A DNA stretch of 64,000 bases. It comes from Balanoglossus misakiensis (lineage: Eukaryota > Animalia > Hemichordata). Below are positions 41,307 through 52,825 of the stretch, piece after piece. A program made the position numbers and the translations under genes. The notes beneath the pieces were generated by a model. It was not told where the DNA came from and made no database searches. It was given only the letters and a program-made list of their open reading frames with translations. Location of the stretch: contig CM082598.2 in assembly GCA_040954595.2 (NCBI GenBank), positions 7,083,097 through 7,147,096 of the forward strand. Direction: 5' to 3'. Each line of letters starts with the position of its first letter. Position 1 is the first letter of the stretch.

Positions 41307-43321
41307 TTGAATATATCCGCCTACACCCGTTGTATCAAAGCCAAGATTGATAAGATTAATTTATCCGAAGAGTTATTCTGCACTAATGTGAACTGTACAG
41401 ACCTTTCGCACTTACAGGCAATTGATACTTGTTATAGTAGTATTGTGGACGCATTGAATTGTGCTGCAAAAGATACCATTAGGCGTAAGTTTCACCAGAA
41501 AGTTCATGTTGTACCTGGCTGGAACGATTTTGTAAAAGAAAGTCACGACTTTGCCCGTTCCATGTTTTTATTATGGGTTAATGGGGGTAAACCTAAACAA
41601 GGCCCGCTTTTTGAAACCATTAAATCTTCCAGAGCTCGTTTTAAGTATGCTTTACGTGCTTGTAAAAAGATTGAGAATCAAAATAGGGCTGACAAGATGG
41701 CTGACAATTTACGCTGCCACAAACAGAACGACTTCTGGAAGGAAGTCAGAAAGCAAACTAGCAGAAAAACGCCGCTTTCTGACACTGTAGGTGGAGCGAC
41801 TGGTGAGAGTGAAATTGCAATTATGTGGCACTAGCATTTCAGTGATATTTTGAATTCTGTCCAGGCTCAGACTGGTAAAAATGTCATCGAGGAGAAAATG
41901 AAGTATGTTAACTTTTCTTCTGATATGTATGTTTCTGAAGACGAAGTAATTTCTGCTATACATAAGTTACCTGACGATAAGACAGCTGGCATTGACAATA
42001 TTTCAGCTGAGCACCTCAAATTCTCAGACTCCTCTATTTTACCCATTTTGACTTGTTGTATTAATGCTATGATTGTTCATGGTTACCTGCCAACTGAGGC
42101 TATCAAAGTTATTTTAGTTCCAATTATTAAGGATAAAACTAAGCTTTGTAGTGATGCCAGTAACTACTGGCCGATAGCACTAGCAACTGTTTTCTCTAAA
42201 GTTTTTGAGCATATTTTACTTTCTCGTTGTGAGGAGTTTCTTACCTCTCATTATTTACAATTTGGTTTCAAGCGAGAACATTCAACTGACCTGTGTTTAT
42301 TTGCATTTAAAGAAATCATTAGCTACTACACAAGCAATGGAGGACCAGTGTTTACTTGTTTTCTGGATGCTTCAAAAGCTTTTGACAGAGTTAATCACTT
42401 TAAACTGGTTAACAAGCTCATCGACAGGAATGTTCCCTTGTATGCTGTTCGAATTTTATATTACTGGTACAGAAATCAATTGTTTACTGTGTTGTGGGGT
42501 AATGTAACCTCAGAGTTGTTTTCTGTTTCTAACGGTGTAAGACAAGGGGGAGTACTCTCTCCCTATCTTTTTAATGTCTACATTGATGATCTTATCAATG
42601 CACTCTGTAAAGCCAAAGTTGGCTGTACCATGTGTGGTGTCAGCGCTAACACTTTAGGTTACGCTGACGACATGACTCTACTCAGTCCAAGTATTAAGGG
42701 TCTACGCCGTCTCCTTAGAATTTGTGAAATTTATGGCAAGGATTATGATATCATTTATAATTCTAGTAAAACTGTGTGCATGCTTTTTAATTGGAAGAAT
42801 ATGAGCGTTCAAAGAATTCCTTCGGTTAAACTTAATGACATCACTTTGAAGTTTGTACCTGTACACACCTATCTGGGACATGTAATATCTTGTGATGGTT
42901 GTGATAATGAAGATATTGAACGACAGAGAAGAGCATTTTGTGTTAGAGCAAACATGCTATTGAGACATTCTCAACAGTGTAGTCAAGATGTGAAGAAAGT
43001 TTTATTTTTGGCATATTGTAGTAATATTTACTGTTGCAGTTTGTGGGCATCTTTTAAAGTTAAACCGATGAAAAAATTAAAACTATGTACAATAATGTTT
43101 GGAGAAGACTTCTCGGTCTTCCGCCATTTTGCAGTGCATCGGGTATGTTTGCTACAAACCATGTATTGTCACTTGGTGAAGTTTTTAGGCGCAATATGTA
43201 CAGTTTTAAGCGTAGACTCGAAAATTCTTCTAATGTTCTACTTAATGCGATCTGTTCATCAGATAGAGCGACTGACATCATATTTTTCAAACGTTGGCGA
43301 AAGCAATTGTATATCATGTAA
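41307..43321 (+). mobile_element. 5'-truncated non-LTR retrotransposon (LINE) ORF2 reverse transcriptase, degenerate (RTE-group, e.g. RTEX/Proto2-like, tentative)
   Basis: RT motifs NY(W)PIAL, QFGFK, FLDASKAFDRVNH, GVRQGGVLSPYLFNVYIDDL, YADD, YLGH and C-terminal LLGLPPFCSASGMF. Track ORFs 41307-41834 and 41850-43400 are the same frame split by one TAG (41832-41834). Frameshift near 43070-43085. No endonuclease domain present. Confidence 0.95.
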
Positions 43322-43733
43322 ATTTGCAGAGATTTTTTTTGTGTGTGTGTCTCAGTTTCACATTTTCCAGAGTATTTTCATTAGTGTTTCATTGAAGTAA
43401 GTAATACAGTGACCTTACACACTGAATGGTGAATACCCCGGTACTGTGAGAGAGACAATTTGGAGAGGGAATATAGTTTAAGTACAAGAGTAAAGAGGCA
43501 TGCTACATCTTAGACTCAGTTATGCAACATTGAATGCTTTATCATTAATATTTTGCTACAAAATTTCTTTGATAAAGGACGCATCAATATGCCACAATAA
43601 CTTTTATAGGCATTCACAATATATCATTTAACATAGATCTATTGGGGTTCTTCAAGAAAAAAATTAAAACACGCATTCTGAATGTTTATGTTAAAAATGT
43701 ATGTGTCATTATTGCCACATTTCATTATTACAG

Positions 43734-43864
43734 GATGTTTATTTCCTTGCTGGGGCAGAGACTATGACTGAAGAAGAGTGTAGAAAACTGTACAGGGATC
43801 TGGTAACTATTGAAGTAAATGCAAGAGGTTTAGGGGAAAGAGCCATTCCCTTGCAGCATGCTCA
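43734..43864 (+). pseudogene. Probable downstream exon of the cyclin-like gene
   Basis: Acceptor TTCATTATTACAG|, donor CA|GTAAGT. Open phase-0 frame DVYFLAGAETMTEEECRKLYRDLVTIEVNARGLGERAIPLQHA, compatible with the phase-0 donor at 41105. Confidence 0.55.
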
Positions 43865-44703
43865 GTAAGTAGAAAATTTACATACAGACTTCTTTTTATT
43901 TGAGTTTATATTTTAGGCTTAGCCAAGATTTGTGTACCAGATATTAAACAAAATGTGCCACATCCATGTTTTGTATGTGAAGGGGTGGGGGAGGTCAGTT
44001 TTTAACTTATCAGTGAGCAGTAGATAGTTTATGAGAAAAGTGGGAGTTATCTTTAGGTTGGACAAATTTCCCAGAGTTGCAGTATATGTAACAGAGGATA
44101 GTTTATTCACCAACAGTCCCTTGATGGACTGTCATTCGCTAAGAAATAATGCTTAAATTATGTTTTTGATTGGCAAAACATGCACACAATTGTAAAGTTT
44201 GTAGATTGGCAACTTTTATCCAAAGAGCAGTCTTGGGGCTCCCATTAAAATCTATTGTTCATTCCTATGTGGGCGCTTTGCCCCAATGATGATCGTTCAG
44301 CAGAGATAAATTGAAATTATTTTGAAGATATATTTTATATGCGCTAGTAGAGGAGCACAGACTGAAAGATTAGGCCATGTGCAGATGCTCTGGCAACCTC
44401 TGACCTGTGATACAACTGAAGACAAATGTGTGAAAAACTGTTCTCAAACAAGACATAGACAATATACTGAAAAATAAGACAATTGTTAAGTGCACCTGCA
44501 CATGACTAAAGTTTCATTTCATTAGAAAATAGAAACAGCTCGTTAGTTCCCTCCAGATTTTTCTTCAAGTTAGAGGATGTGATTTGAATTGGAAAAAAAT
44601 GACCTGTTCATTGCACATAGCTAGGCGTTATTTTCAGCAGTGGGCATTCATGAAATATAAAAAGATGAAAATTAATGTTAGTGAAGCTTTAATAGAAACA
44701 TCA

Positions 44704-44831
44704 AGGTGATACACGCAGCAGTTTTCAAGTTTTTGATGTGGACGGACATACATACATACATACATACATACATACATACATACAGAAGCAACTGATCCCA
44801 TAAGGTCCCATGGTATATACCAATGGGACCT
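44704..44831 (-). mobile_element. Fragment of the same HINE family (palindromic end plus (CATA)n)
   Basis: GGTGATACACGCAGCAGTTTTCAAGTTTTTGATGTGGACGGA(CATA)n...AGGTCCCATGGTATATACCAATGGGACCT followed by AAAAA; matches ~35491-35625 and ~63611-63757. Confidence 0.85.
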
Positions 44832-45460
44832 AAAAACAGAGGTGAATCATTTTGTATTCCAAAGTTATTTACATGTAATGCTGGGATACTAATGATAATG
44901 GCATTAGGATCACACTGCACACTGTCAATGTGTGGCACCATGGTGCTGGCCAGATGATCTGAGGCAAGCAGTTGTCTCTTGACACCAAGGGTTGGGTTGG
45001 GGTGGGGTATGAAACACAGGTTCATGCAACCTGATGTATTACTGAACACCTTCCTTTCAGAAGACTGCCGTAATTAAAAAGTTTGACATTGACAGTTCAG
45101 GGAGTGTCTAGGCTTCTGACTATGTCCAGTTCAGTTATTTATGGTTACCATTCATCCTATATGAAAGTTGATATCTAGACAGGAAACAACATTGTCAGTA
45201 GGAGGTGAAATGACACTCAGATTCCAACCCATGAATTTAATGTGATATATCAATTCACACTAGAAGTTGAGGTTAGGGATGTAAATTACCTCGAATGAAT
45301 AAATTTCATATTTCTGTAAAAATGGCCGACCTGTAAAGTGGCAAGTTTATTTGAAAGCTATTGAAGTTTCATTTTGAGATAGAAACAGGGCATTGAATTC
45401 AACATGTTTTAGTTAGTGCAACTGGCAAATGAAGTACATCTGTTATCCTTCATACAACAG

Positions 45461-45561
45461 GTGGAACTTACCTCAGCTGTTTGATGAAAGAATTGAAACT
45501 ACGTCTCTAGCCTTGCACAGATTTATCTTTAGTCTGCAAGACATTCTGTTTTACTTTCAAG
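45461..45561 (+). pseudogene. Possible further exon of the cyclin-like gene
   Basis: Acceptor CCTTCATACAACAG|, donor CAAG|GTAGG. Only the phase-2 frame required by the previous exon is open: (Q)WNLPQLFDERIETTSLALHRFIFSLQDILFYFQ. Confidence 0.45.
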
Positions 45562-45856
45562 GTAGGACATGGGTGTGATTTTACGGCTCACAGTCACTTT
45601 TGTTGATAGAATAAGGCCTCCTTAAAATTAAACTCCATGTAGGTTTTTTGAGTTGCTGTCAGTTTTCAACATAAATAGTTCAAAAATGATACCTCTGCCC
45701 TTTGCATATTGTAATTTAAATATTTATGGGTAAGCATGTAATAAATGTACTTTTCATAAGGTGGCCAATTTATGAATGCAATCACTCTTTCATTGTTTAC
45801 CTTGTTCAGTGTTGTACATGTTGTCCAAATCAGTGAGCAGTTAATCTTTTTTACAG

Positions 45857-45933
45857 ATTGTGCACTCAGATTTTTTAGAAATATATACTGGTTTGCCAAA
45901 AAAAGAATTATTTATTCCAGAAACAAAAACTAA
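45857..45933 (+). pseudogene. Possible terminal coding exon of the cyclin-like gene
   Basis: Strong acceptor TCTTTTTTACAG|. Phase-1 reading (D)CALRFFRNIYWFAKKRIIYSRNKN* ends at TAA 45931-45933. An alternative phase-0 frame is also open, so the frame is uncertain. Confidence 0.35.
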
Positions 45934-46529
45934 AAAAAGGATTGACACAAAAACCTGTGTTGTACAATTTCTTTTTATGTGCCACTCCAGATGTTTTGAA
46001 CTTGAAAAAAATCAATACATGGTTTCATCAGTAAATATTAATTATAAACCAATTCAGAAGATTATATAGTTTATGCAGGATGTGCATGTTTCTTTTGTGT
46101 TATTTAATACTTTTCAAGATGATTTAGAGCATTTTGTGACATCAGTTGTATTTTTTTAAGAAGCTTCAATTATTACAAATATTTTACAGTGACAAAATTT
46201 ATAACTTGAAGCTTTCTTACATTCGTAAAATCTGCAGTCTCAGAGTGAGTACAAGTCCACCTGAAACTGTTGATACCATGGTATGGCTGTGTTTGAAATG
46301 TACCAGATCACGGATATTGATTCTGATAGCTATATTGTAGGTCTCATTATGGTCAACCACATTTATTTCCCAATATCGTTTTGCCTGTCTCTCTTACCAA
46401 AAGGCCCCCGGAAACAAAAGGGGGAAAACAACAAAACAACAACAAACAACAGATTCAAGACTATTAGGTATCTAAACCAAAATACTCAACCCGAGAAACC
46501 ATTTGAGCTACTTTTGTGCGTTGGTTGAA

Positions 46530-46894
46530 TGGGCGCGTCAAGTTCACAAGCGCTGCCATGTATGACCAATCCTCCTGCAGCTGATGATTCTCAACACTGG
46601 TATGCAAAGGCTGTGCCCCGAATATTCACTTGCATCAAAACCTGATAAACTGGGTCATTTATGGAGCACCTTGGCAAACACCTTGGCAAACACAGAAATG
46701 TTAAAACTTTTGTTTGACGACCATTTAATGTGAGGAAGGCTGGTGACTGAATCTGCAGGAAACTGTTTTAAGCGGTATTCAACAGCAGCCACTGCACATT
46801 GAGGTGAGCCTCATTACGGACTACAGGGACCAGAAGGGTATGCTCATTAAATTGGATTGTCTTGGTCAATTTATCTCGAACTACCATACCCCAT
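46530..46894 (-). mobile_element. Tyrosine recombinase remnant of a DIRS/Ngaro-type retrotransposon
   Basis: Manual minus-strand translation: WGMVVRDKLTKTIQFNEHTLLVPVVRN (~46894-46815), LSGFDASEYSGHSL (~46648-46608; H-x-x-R box truncated) and QEDWS (46577-46563; G-x-W-x-S-like box). Frameshifted and internally deleted; not in the ORF track. Confidence 0.75.
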
Positions 46895-47605
46895 TCAAAA
46901 AAGATATATCTCCCCTTGACAAGTGTATGTCAATGTTATACTTTCGTACTGATGAAGGAAGGAGAGTGTATTAAAATTGTGTTGAAACCTGTCAACTATT
47001 CTTTGTAGAGCTCTCGACGGAAACTCTCTGAAAGTAAATGTTTGAAAACGCTTCCACTGCTTTGGTTCACATAAGGAAAAGAGAGCATCAGCAAATTCAT
47101 TGTCTTCACCCCTAATATGACGGGCAGTAATGTGAAAGTTATGGGCGGCTGGTAACCAGAATAACTCGCACAGCCATCCCATTGCAAGTGCATTATGGCA
47201 TTTGCCTTTGTTAACAAAGGAAATTGTCCGTGTACTGTCTGAGTAAATTACAAAACATTTTCAGGGAACTGTATCTTGGTGCCATGCCCCTGCCATCCGG
47301 TCGCTTTCAAAATAAGCACCATACCCTGTAAATGAGGCGTCCTTTTCTAGACAACATTGCGGAATTGGTTCCTTGTCGATAATTTTTGCCTTGCCATTAA
47401 AACGTGTAGCAAAGTTTAACCACAACATTACGTCTTTGAGGAAGTCAGTATTAATTCTTATTTTGTGATGAGGGCGTTTAAGTTTATTCATCAAATCTAT
47501 TTCTGTGGAATATTTTATTTTCACTGGTATATATTTTGGCTGAAAGCAAACATTTTGAACCATGACTAATAAAAGTGATGTGTATGTGGTAACATGACCT
47601 TCCAA
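46895..47605 (-). mobile_element. RT-connection/RNase H remnant of a DIRS/Ngaro-type retrotransposon
   Basis: HHKIRINTDFLKDVMLWLNFATRFNGK...DASFTGYGAYF...AGAW and LFWL.A.HNFHITARHIRGEDNEFADAL are characteristic YR-retroelement RNase H motifs. Same strand as and upstream of the YR remnant. Confidence 0.85.
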
Positions 47606-47799
47606 TATGCTGCCTTACTAAGTTCCCAGTCAGAGTTTCAGTAAATGTGAAAACGTGCAAATGGGTCAACTCTGAGAATAGTGTTCATATGACCATTTTC
47701 CATGCTTAATAAAAGTATGTTGCAACATGAAATTCCAATACTCTGCCTTAATTAACTCCCAGTCAGAGTTTACATAAAGGTGGCGACATGGACATTAGG

Positions 47800-48440
47800 C
47801 ATTTGGATATCCCATTCATTGCACAGTTTCTCAACTCTGAGAATAATGTTCACAATACCATTTCCCATGCTTAATAAAGGTGTTGCCTCACGAAGCTCCG
47901 TGTCAGAGTTACAGTAAATGTGGAAACCTGCAAATAAGGCAAATTGAATATTCCATTCATTGCATAGTTTGTCAACTCTGAGAATAATGTTCACAATACC
48001 ATTTCCCATGCTTAATAAAGGTGTTGCCTCACGAAGCTCCGTGTCAGAGTTACAGTAAATGTGGAAACCTGCAAATAAGGCAAATTGAATATCCCATTCA
48101 TTGCATAGTTTGTCAACTCTGAGAATAATGTTCACAATACCATTTCCCATGCTTAATAAAAGTGTTGCCTCACGAAGCTCCCAGTCAGAGTTACAGTAAA
48201 TGTGGAAACCTGCAAATAAGGCAAATTGAATATTTCATTCATTGCATAGTTTGTCAACTCTGAGAATAATGTTCACATGACCATTTCCCTTGCTTAATAA
48301 AAGTGTTGTGTATGTGGCAACATGACCTTGCAACATGTTGCCTCACAAAGCTCCCAGTCAGATTTAGGTAAATGTGGAAACCTGCAAATTAGGCAACTTG
48401 AATATTCCATTCATTGCACAGTTTGTCAACTCTGAGTATA
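47800..48440. repeat. 141-bp minisatellite (~4.5 units, plus degenerate partial units back to ~47,560)
   Basis: ATGCTTAATAAA at 47867, 48008 and 48149 (period 141). This explains the repetitive 126-aa track ORF. Confidence 0.93.
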
Positions 48441-49639
48441 CTGAGAATCCACACTAATGTTTTTTTCGCTTTGTTAATTCACACTAGATTTTTTTTTTCA
48501 TTTTGGAAATTTTGCTACTTTTCCTATTTTCTTGACAAAACACTTTTCCTAGAATTGAGCAACACCCATGCTCCCCAATACAGGAAATCAGTTAGAAGAT
48601 CAGTTTATTATTGACTTCAAAAACGTCAATCCTGATCGCATAATGTGCAGTAGCATGATTCGATTTTTACATGATATGCAGGTAAAATAGGACTTATTAA
48701 TGGTAAATGTAAACACAGCATTTTGTTGAGTAGGCCTAAACTTGCTAAATAGGATACAAGTTGTTTTAGAAGGACATATCGAAAAGAATCTACTTCAAAT
48801 TGTTTATTTCTGAAAATATGAGAAAAGAATATATTTTTTTATTCGCCATATATGAACACCAATGAAAAGTTATGTTTCCAGCTTAGGTATTGGTGGATTT
48901 GAACCACCTGACATCAGAAGACGCCTCCAGAATACCCTCAATTTGGTTGCATAATTTTCATGTGAATGTTCATAATATAGCGAGTGATAAATCTCTAAAA
49001 TCGCGGGGAGGGGGGGATGGGGGGGGGGGGGTTCATGTAGTATACCTTGCAGGCCAATTTGAAAAATGTGTCAAGTAGCTAAACTGAGAGAAATTAACTG
49101 CTCTTTTTTGAAACAATGTGTCATGTGGTTAAACTGTAACAATGGGCCAGTACAAAAATAGCATCTGCTGATAATGCCCACAATAGAGTGGTGTGTTAGT
49201 GGGTTACTATTACTTTTAGGTTAGCATTATATAACACACTATTGCGTACATAATCTTGCAGAGCTATATCATAATCGTTTTGATTTAAAGCAAGATAACT
49301 ACATGTATGATTACATATCTAATTTACGCGCCTAAAGGGCAGTTAAAAACCTCTGACCAATTACAAAAGAGGAAAAAAACTGACCTCTCCTCCTCTCATC
49401 TCATGACCTCACGGCAAGCTAAATTTGGAAATTGGATGGGATGGGGAGGTTAAGATCACAGGTACCATTGCGAAGAATTCCACCGAATCATGATGACGAC
49501 ATGCATGGAAAAATCCAAAGTATGACCTATCTGAGAAACAATAGCATGTTATTCATAAAATATACACATTAACCAATGAATGTACCATTATGATCATTAT
49601 ACCCTTGTCAGTTATTTAACAGTTTTATCATTTTTATTC

Positions 49640-50290
49640 CACATCACCATCAATATTAACCCCCCCTGTACAATTAATTCCAACAAAAGCCATCACAACA
49701 TCTGTTAACCTTTGTTATACCCTTCACAAGTCTTAACCTTCATGAAACCCTTATTATTCATTAACCATTTTTATACCCTCATACAAGCAGTTGCTGTTGA
49801 CCCATTACAACCTGTGTACACTCAATTTAACCACAAGCCATCAACACATGTTTAACCTTGTATTAAACCCGCGACATGTGTTACCCTTTTGTTAACCAAT
49901 TATCATACCCTTCATGATTGTTGTTAACCAATTATAAACCATGTACACTTAAAGTTTACCACTGGGCATCATCACATTTGTTAACTTTTCATTTAACCCT
50001 GTGTACACTCAATTTCCCACAAGCCATCAACACATGTGTTAACCTTTTCCTAAGCACTCCACGTATGTTACCCATTTGTTTACCTTTTATCGTACCCTTC
50101 AGGAAAGCAATTATAACCCATGTACACTCAAATTTTACCACTAGGCATCATCACATTTGTTAACTTTTCATTTAACCCTGTGTACACTCAATTTTCAAGC
50201 AATTATTAAACCCTTTAAATTTGTTCCCCTTTATTATAATATTATCATAGCCATCATACAAGCAATTTCTGTTAACCCAATTTTAGCATG
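49640..50290. repeat. Degenerate ~179-bp tandem repeat rich in TTAACC and TGTACAC (mirror at ~60,700-61,350)
   Basis: CATCATCACATTTGTTAACTTTTCATTTAACCCTGTGTACACTCAATTT at 49967 and 50146. Confidence 0.75.
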
Positions 50291-50392
50291 AGCCATCGCT
50301 ACGAATAATTAACCTTCATTATTGATTCCTTTAACTATTAAGTTTCGTATCACGCTCACCTTGTCTTGTATTCATACATGTTACTTTACCTC

Positions 50393-50423
<31 letters not shown>

Positions 50424-50440
50424 GAGAAAGAGAGAAAGAG
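50393..50440 (+). repeat. (GAAA)n microsatellite (mirror (TTTC)n at ~60,550-60,598)
   Basis: AGAAAGAAAGAAAGAAAG... seen directly. Confidence 0.95.
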
Positions 50441-51330
50441 GAGTACCAGTGGGACCTACAGAAAAAAAAAGAATGGAAAACAATTTAGTACATAACAAAT
50501 TCAAGGGTTTGATGTGTGGGTACTCATTGACCCTGACTACTGTGGCAAATTTCAGAACTGTACCTGCAGCAGTTTCAAAGATCTAGGTCAACAAAAAATT
50601 ACTAGGAGATAAATAATTTCCTACAAAACCAAATTGTGCCCCAGTCTTTGCTTGGCCTATCATTAACCCTACAACCGATTTGACCATTTTAACACAGCAA
50701 AACATCACCTATCTATCTTTTTAAAAATGAAAAATAGAGATCCATGAAAAGAAATTGAAACAGATGTCTTTCCCAATCAGTAGGTATTAAAACTGAACAT
50801 TTTTATGTTCTGTGTATCAACTACAATTTCCGGGTTGTAGCATGATGAAATACCCAGTGTTAAGCTTGCAAAACATAGCCTCTTCGTGTACAAGGCAGCC
50901 TTGTCGTTGAAAGTTGAATTCAAGGGTTATTATGAAAAGGCTGCACTGATAAGCAAAATACTTTGCATTTCATCATGTATCTAGACTTTGAACAATTAAC
51001 TATTATAGTTAACACACAAAACTAAATTACTGAAAAACTAGTCAAACGTTACCCCTATTTGGAGATTTTACACTTTAACCCCCGTTCCCTGTGTACAGGT
51101 CTACTGTTACCATAGGGATCAATTGATTTGGGACAAACCATAGTGCTGAAAGGGATGAAGCAATTAAGTATTGAATTAAGTATTAAAAATTCTCTTAATT
51201 GCTTTTGGTGAGAGCGGTCTATTTCCACATTGAAAAGATAATTTTTAGCATGCTTCATTTCACAATTCACTGTTTTTCAGTCACTCTCACAGATGTTAGT
51301 TACACAGACTTTCAATTCCATAATTTAAAA

Positions 51331-51660
51331 TCACGTCAAGGACACGGTGGTCCCATTAGTCCTGTTTCATAAGTCAGGTCCATGACATATGTACCGACAT
51401 CTGTGATTGGTAGATCTGGTAATCTTAGGTCCACTTGCGGCATGCTAATTGGAGGGACCTTATGTGTTAGGTCTTATTACTATGTATTATTCACTTTACA
51501 GCTCCCTGATTGGTGAATGTGTAGGTCTGGTCCTCCAGTGTTCACTGCCTCATTATGCAGGACCTTGTAGGTTTGGTCTTATTAATATGTATTTATTCAA
51601 TTTTCAGCTCCCTGATTGGTTAATGTGTAGGTCTCCAGTTTTCACTGCCTCGTTATGCAA
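51331..51660 (-). mobile_element. Truncated element of a second HINE-related family (mirror ~59,330-59,658)
   Basis: Terminus AAAATCACGTCAAGGACACGGTGGTCCCATT is nearly identical to the HINE end AAAATAGCGTCAAGGACACTGTGGTCCCATT, but is followed by a different ~110-bp internal repeat (AGGTCTTATTA...CAGCTCCCTGATTGG...TTCACTGCCTC). Confidence 0.65.
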
Positions 51661-52465
51661 AGTCCTTTGTACTTTCTGAATACATGTGTCCTATACTGTC
51701 TGGCATGCAGCCTGCGCGTGGTCGAAGCTCGATCCCAGTGTATAAAGAAAGGCACTCGTATAATGATTGGATTTCACCTTTACCTTTACTATTCATGGCA
51801 TTTTACGCGATACTGTGAACTAGATACTCGAAATAAAAATTGCCAGGAGATTTTTTTATTTTATTTCCAGTGGCGGTTTGTTGAAATGGGCTAGTGTTTT
51901 GTTACGTAATGCAATTCAGCACATCACTTCGTGTAACACCTGGCTGAATACGAAGTGTGTGCTATTCATTCGAGCAAACCAAAAATATCTTACAATGGAA
52001 ATGCTTAGAATACCATTGCATTGCTTTGGGACACTCATTAGTTGCTTTACAGGTATGATTACTTCTAAATTTTACTTTGTTCACGAAGCTGCACCGTCAT
52101 AGTTCCCTAACTTTTTATGAAAACAATATACAAATTCATAAACGGACAACATGCTCCTTATCACAACGTCTTCGTCAAAACAAATTTACATTAAAATAGT
52201 AATAACAATAATAATAATAATATTGATGATGAGAAGTAGGAGGGTGATTAAAAAATAGTAGTATTACACCAACTGTTACCAAAAATGCTTAGATAAGTAA
52301 ATCAGATTTTCAAATTCCATCTAAAAGATAATTTAATCTTTCCAGGGTGTGGTTTATGTTAGTGATAGTATCAGTCAGGCTATTTCTCAGAAAATCAATG
52401 AACGATCTGTGGACATCCTGAATAATGTGTTACCACAACGCTAGCCAGGAAGCACATGGAACATT

Positions 52466-52825
52466 TCACAATGAGGCAGTGAACACTGGGGGAGCAGACT
52501 GACATGTTAACCAATCGGGGAGCTGTATGGTGAATAAATACATATTAATAAGACCTAACCGACAAGGTCCTCCATAATCAGGCAGTGAACACTGGAGGAC
52601 CAGACCTACACATTGACCAATCAGGGAGCTGTAAAGTGAATAATGCATAGTAATAAGACCTAACCTACAAGGTCTGGTGAATAATACATAGTAATAAGAC
52701 CTAACACATAAGGTCCCTCCAATCAGCGTGCCACAAGTGGACCTTAGAGAAGCGGATAAACCAATCAGAACATGTAATAAATGTGTATAGGACGTTTAAT
52801 GTAGGTCATTTTGAAACAGGACTAT
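52466..52825 (+). mobile_element. Diverged, oppositely oriented fragment of the same second family (mirror ~58,165-58,520)
   Basis: Reverse-complement match to ~51357-51660 (GGAGGGACCTTATGTGTTAGGTCTTATTACTATGTATTATTCAC). Confidence 0.7.

Noticed and set aside
47770-48150. 126-aa repeat protein ORF
   Set aside because: A by-product of a 141-bp (multiple of 3) minisatellite; flanking units break the frame and there is no gene context.
49640-50290. Telomere-like TTAACCC motifs
   Set aside because: Scattered within a ~179-bp degenerate repeat, not tandem (TTAGGG)n.
51715-51750. tRNA/SINE B-box-like GCTCGATCCC
   Set aside because: No A-box at suitable spacing and no cloverleaf could be built.
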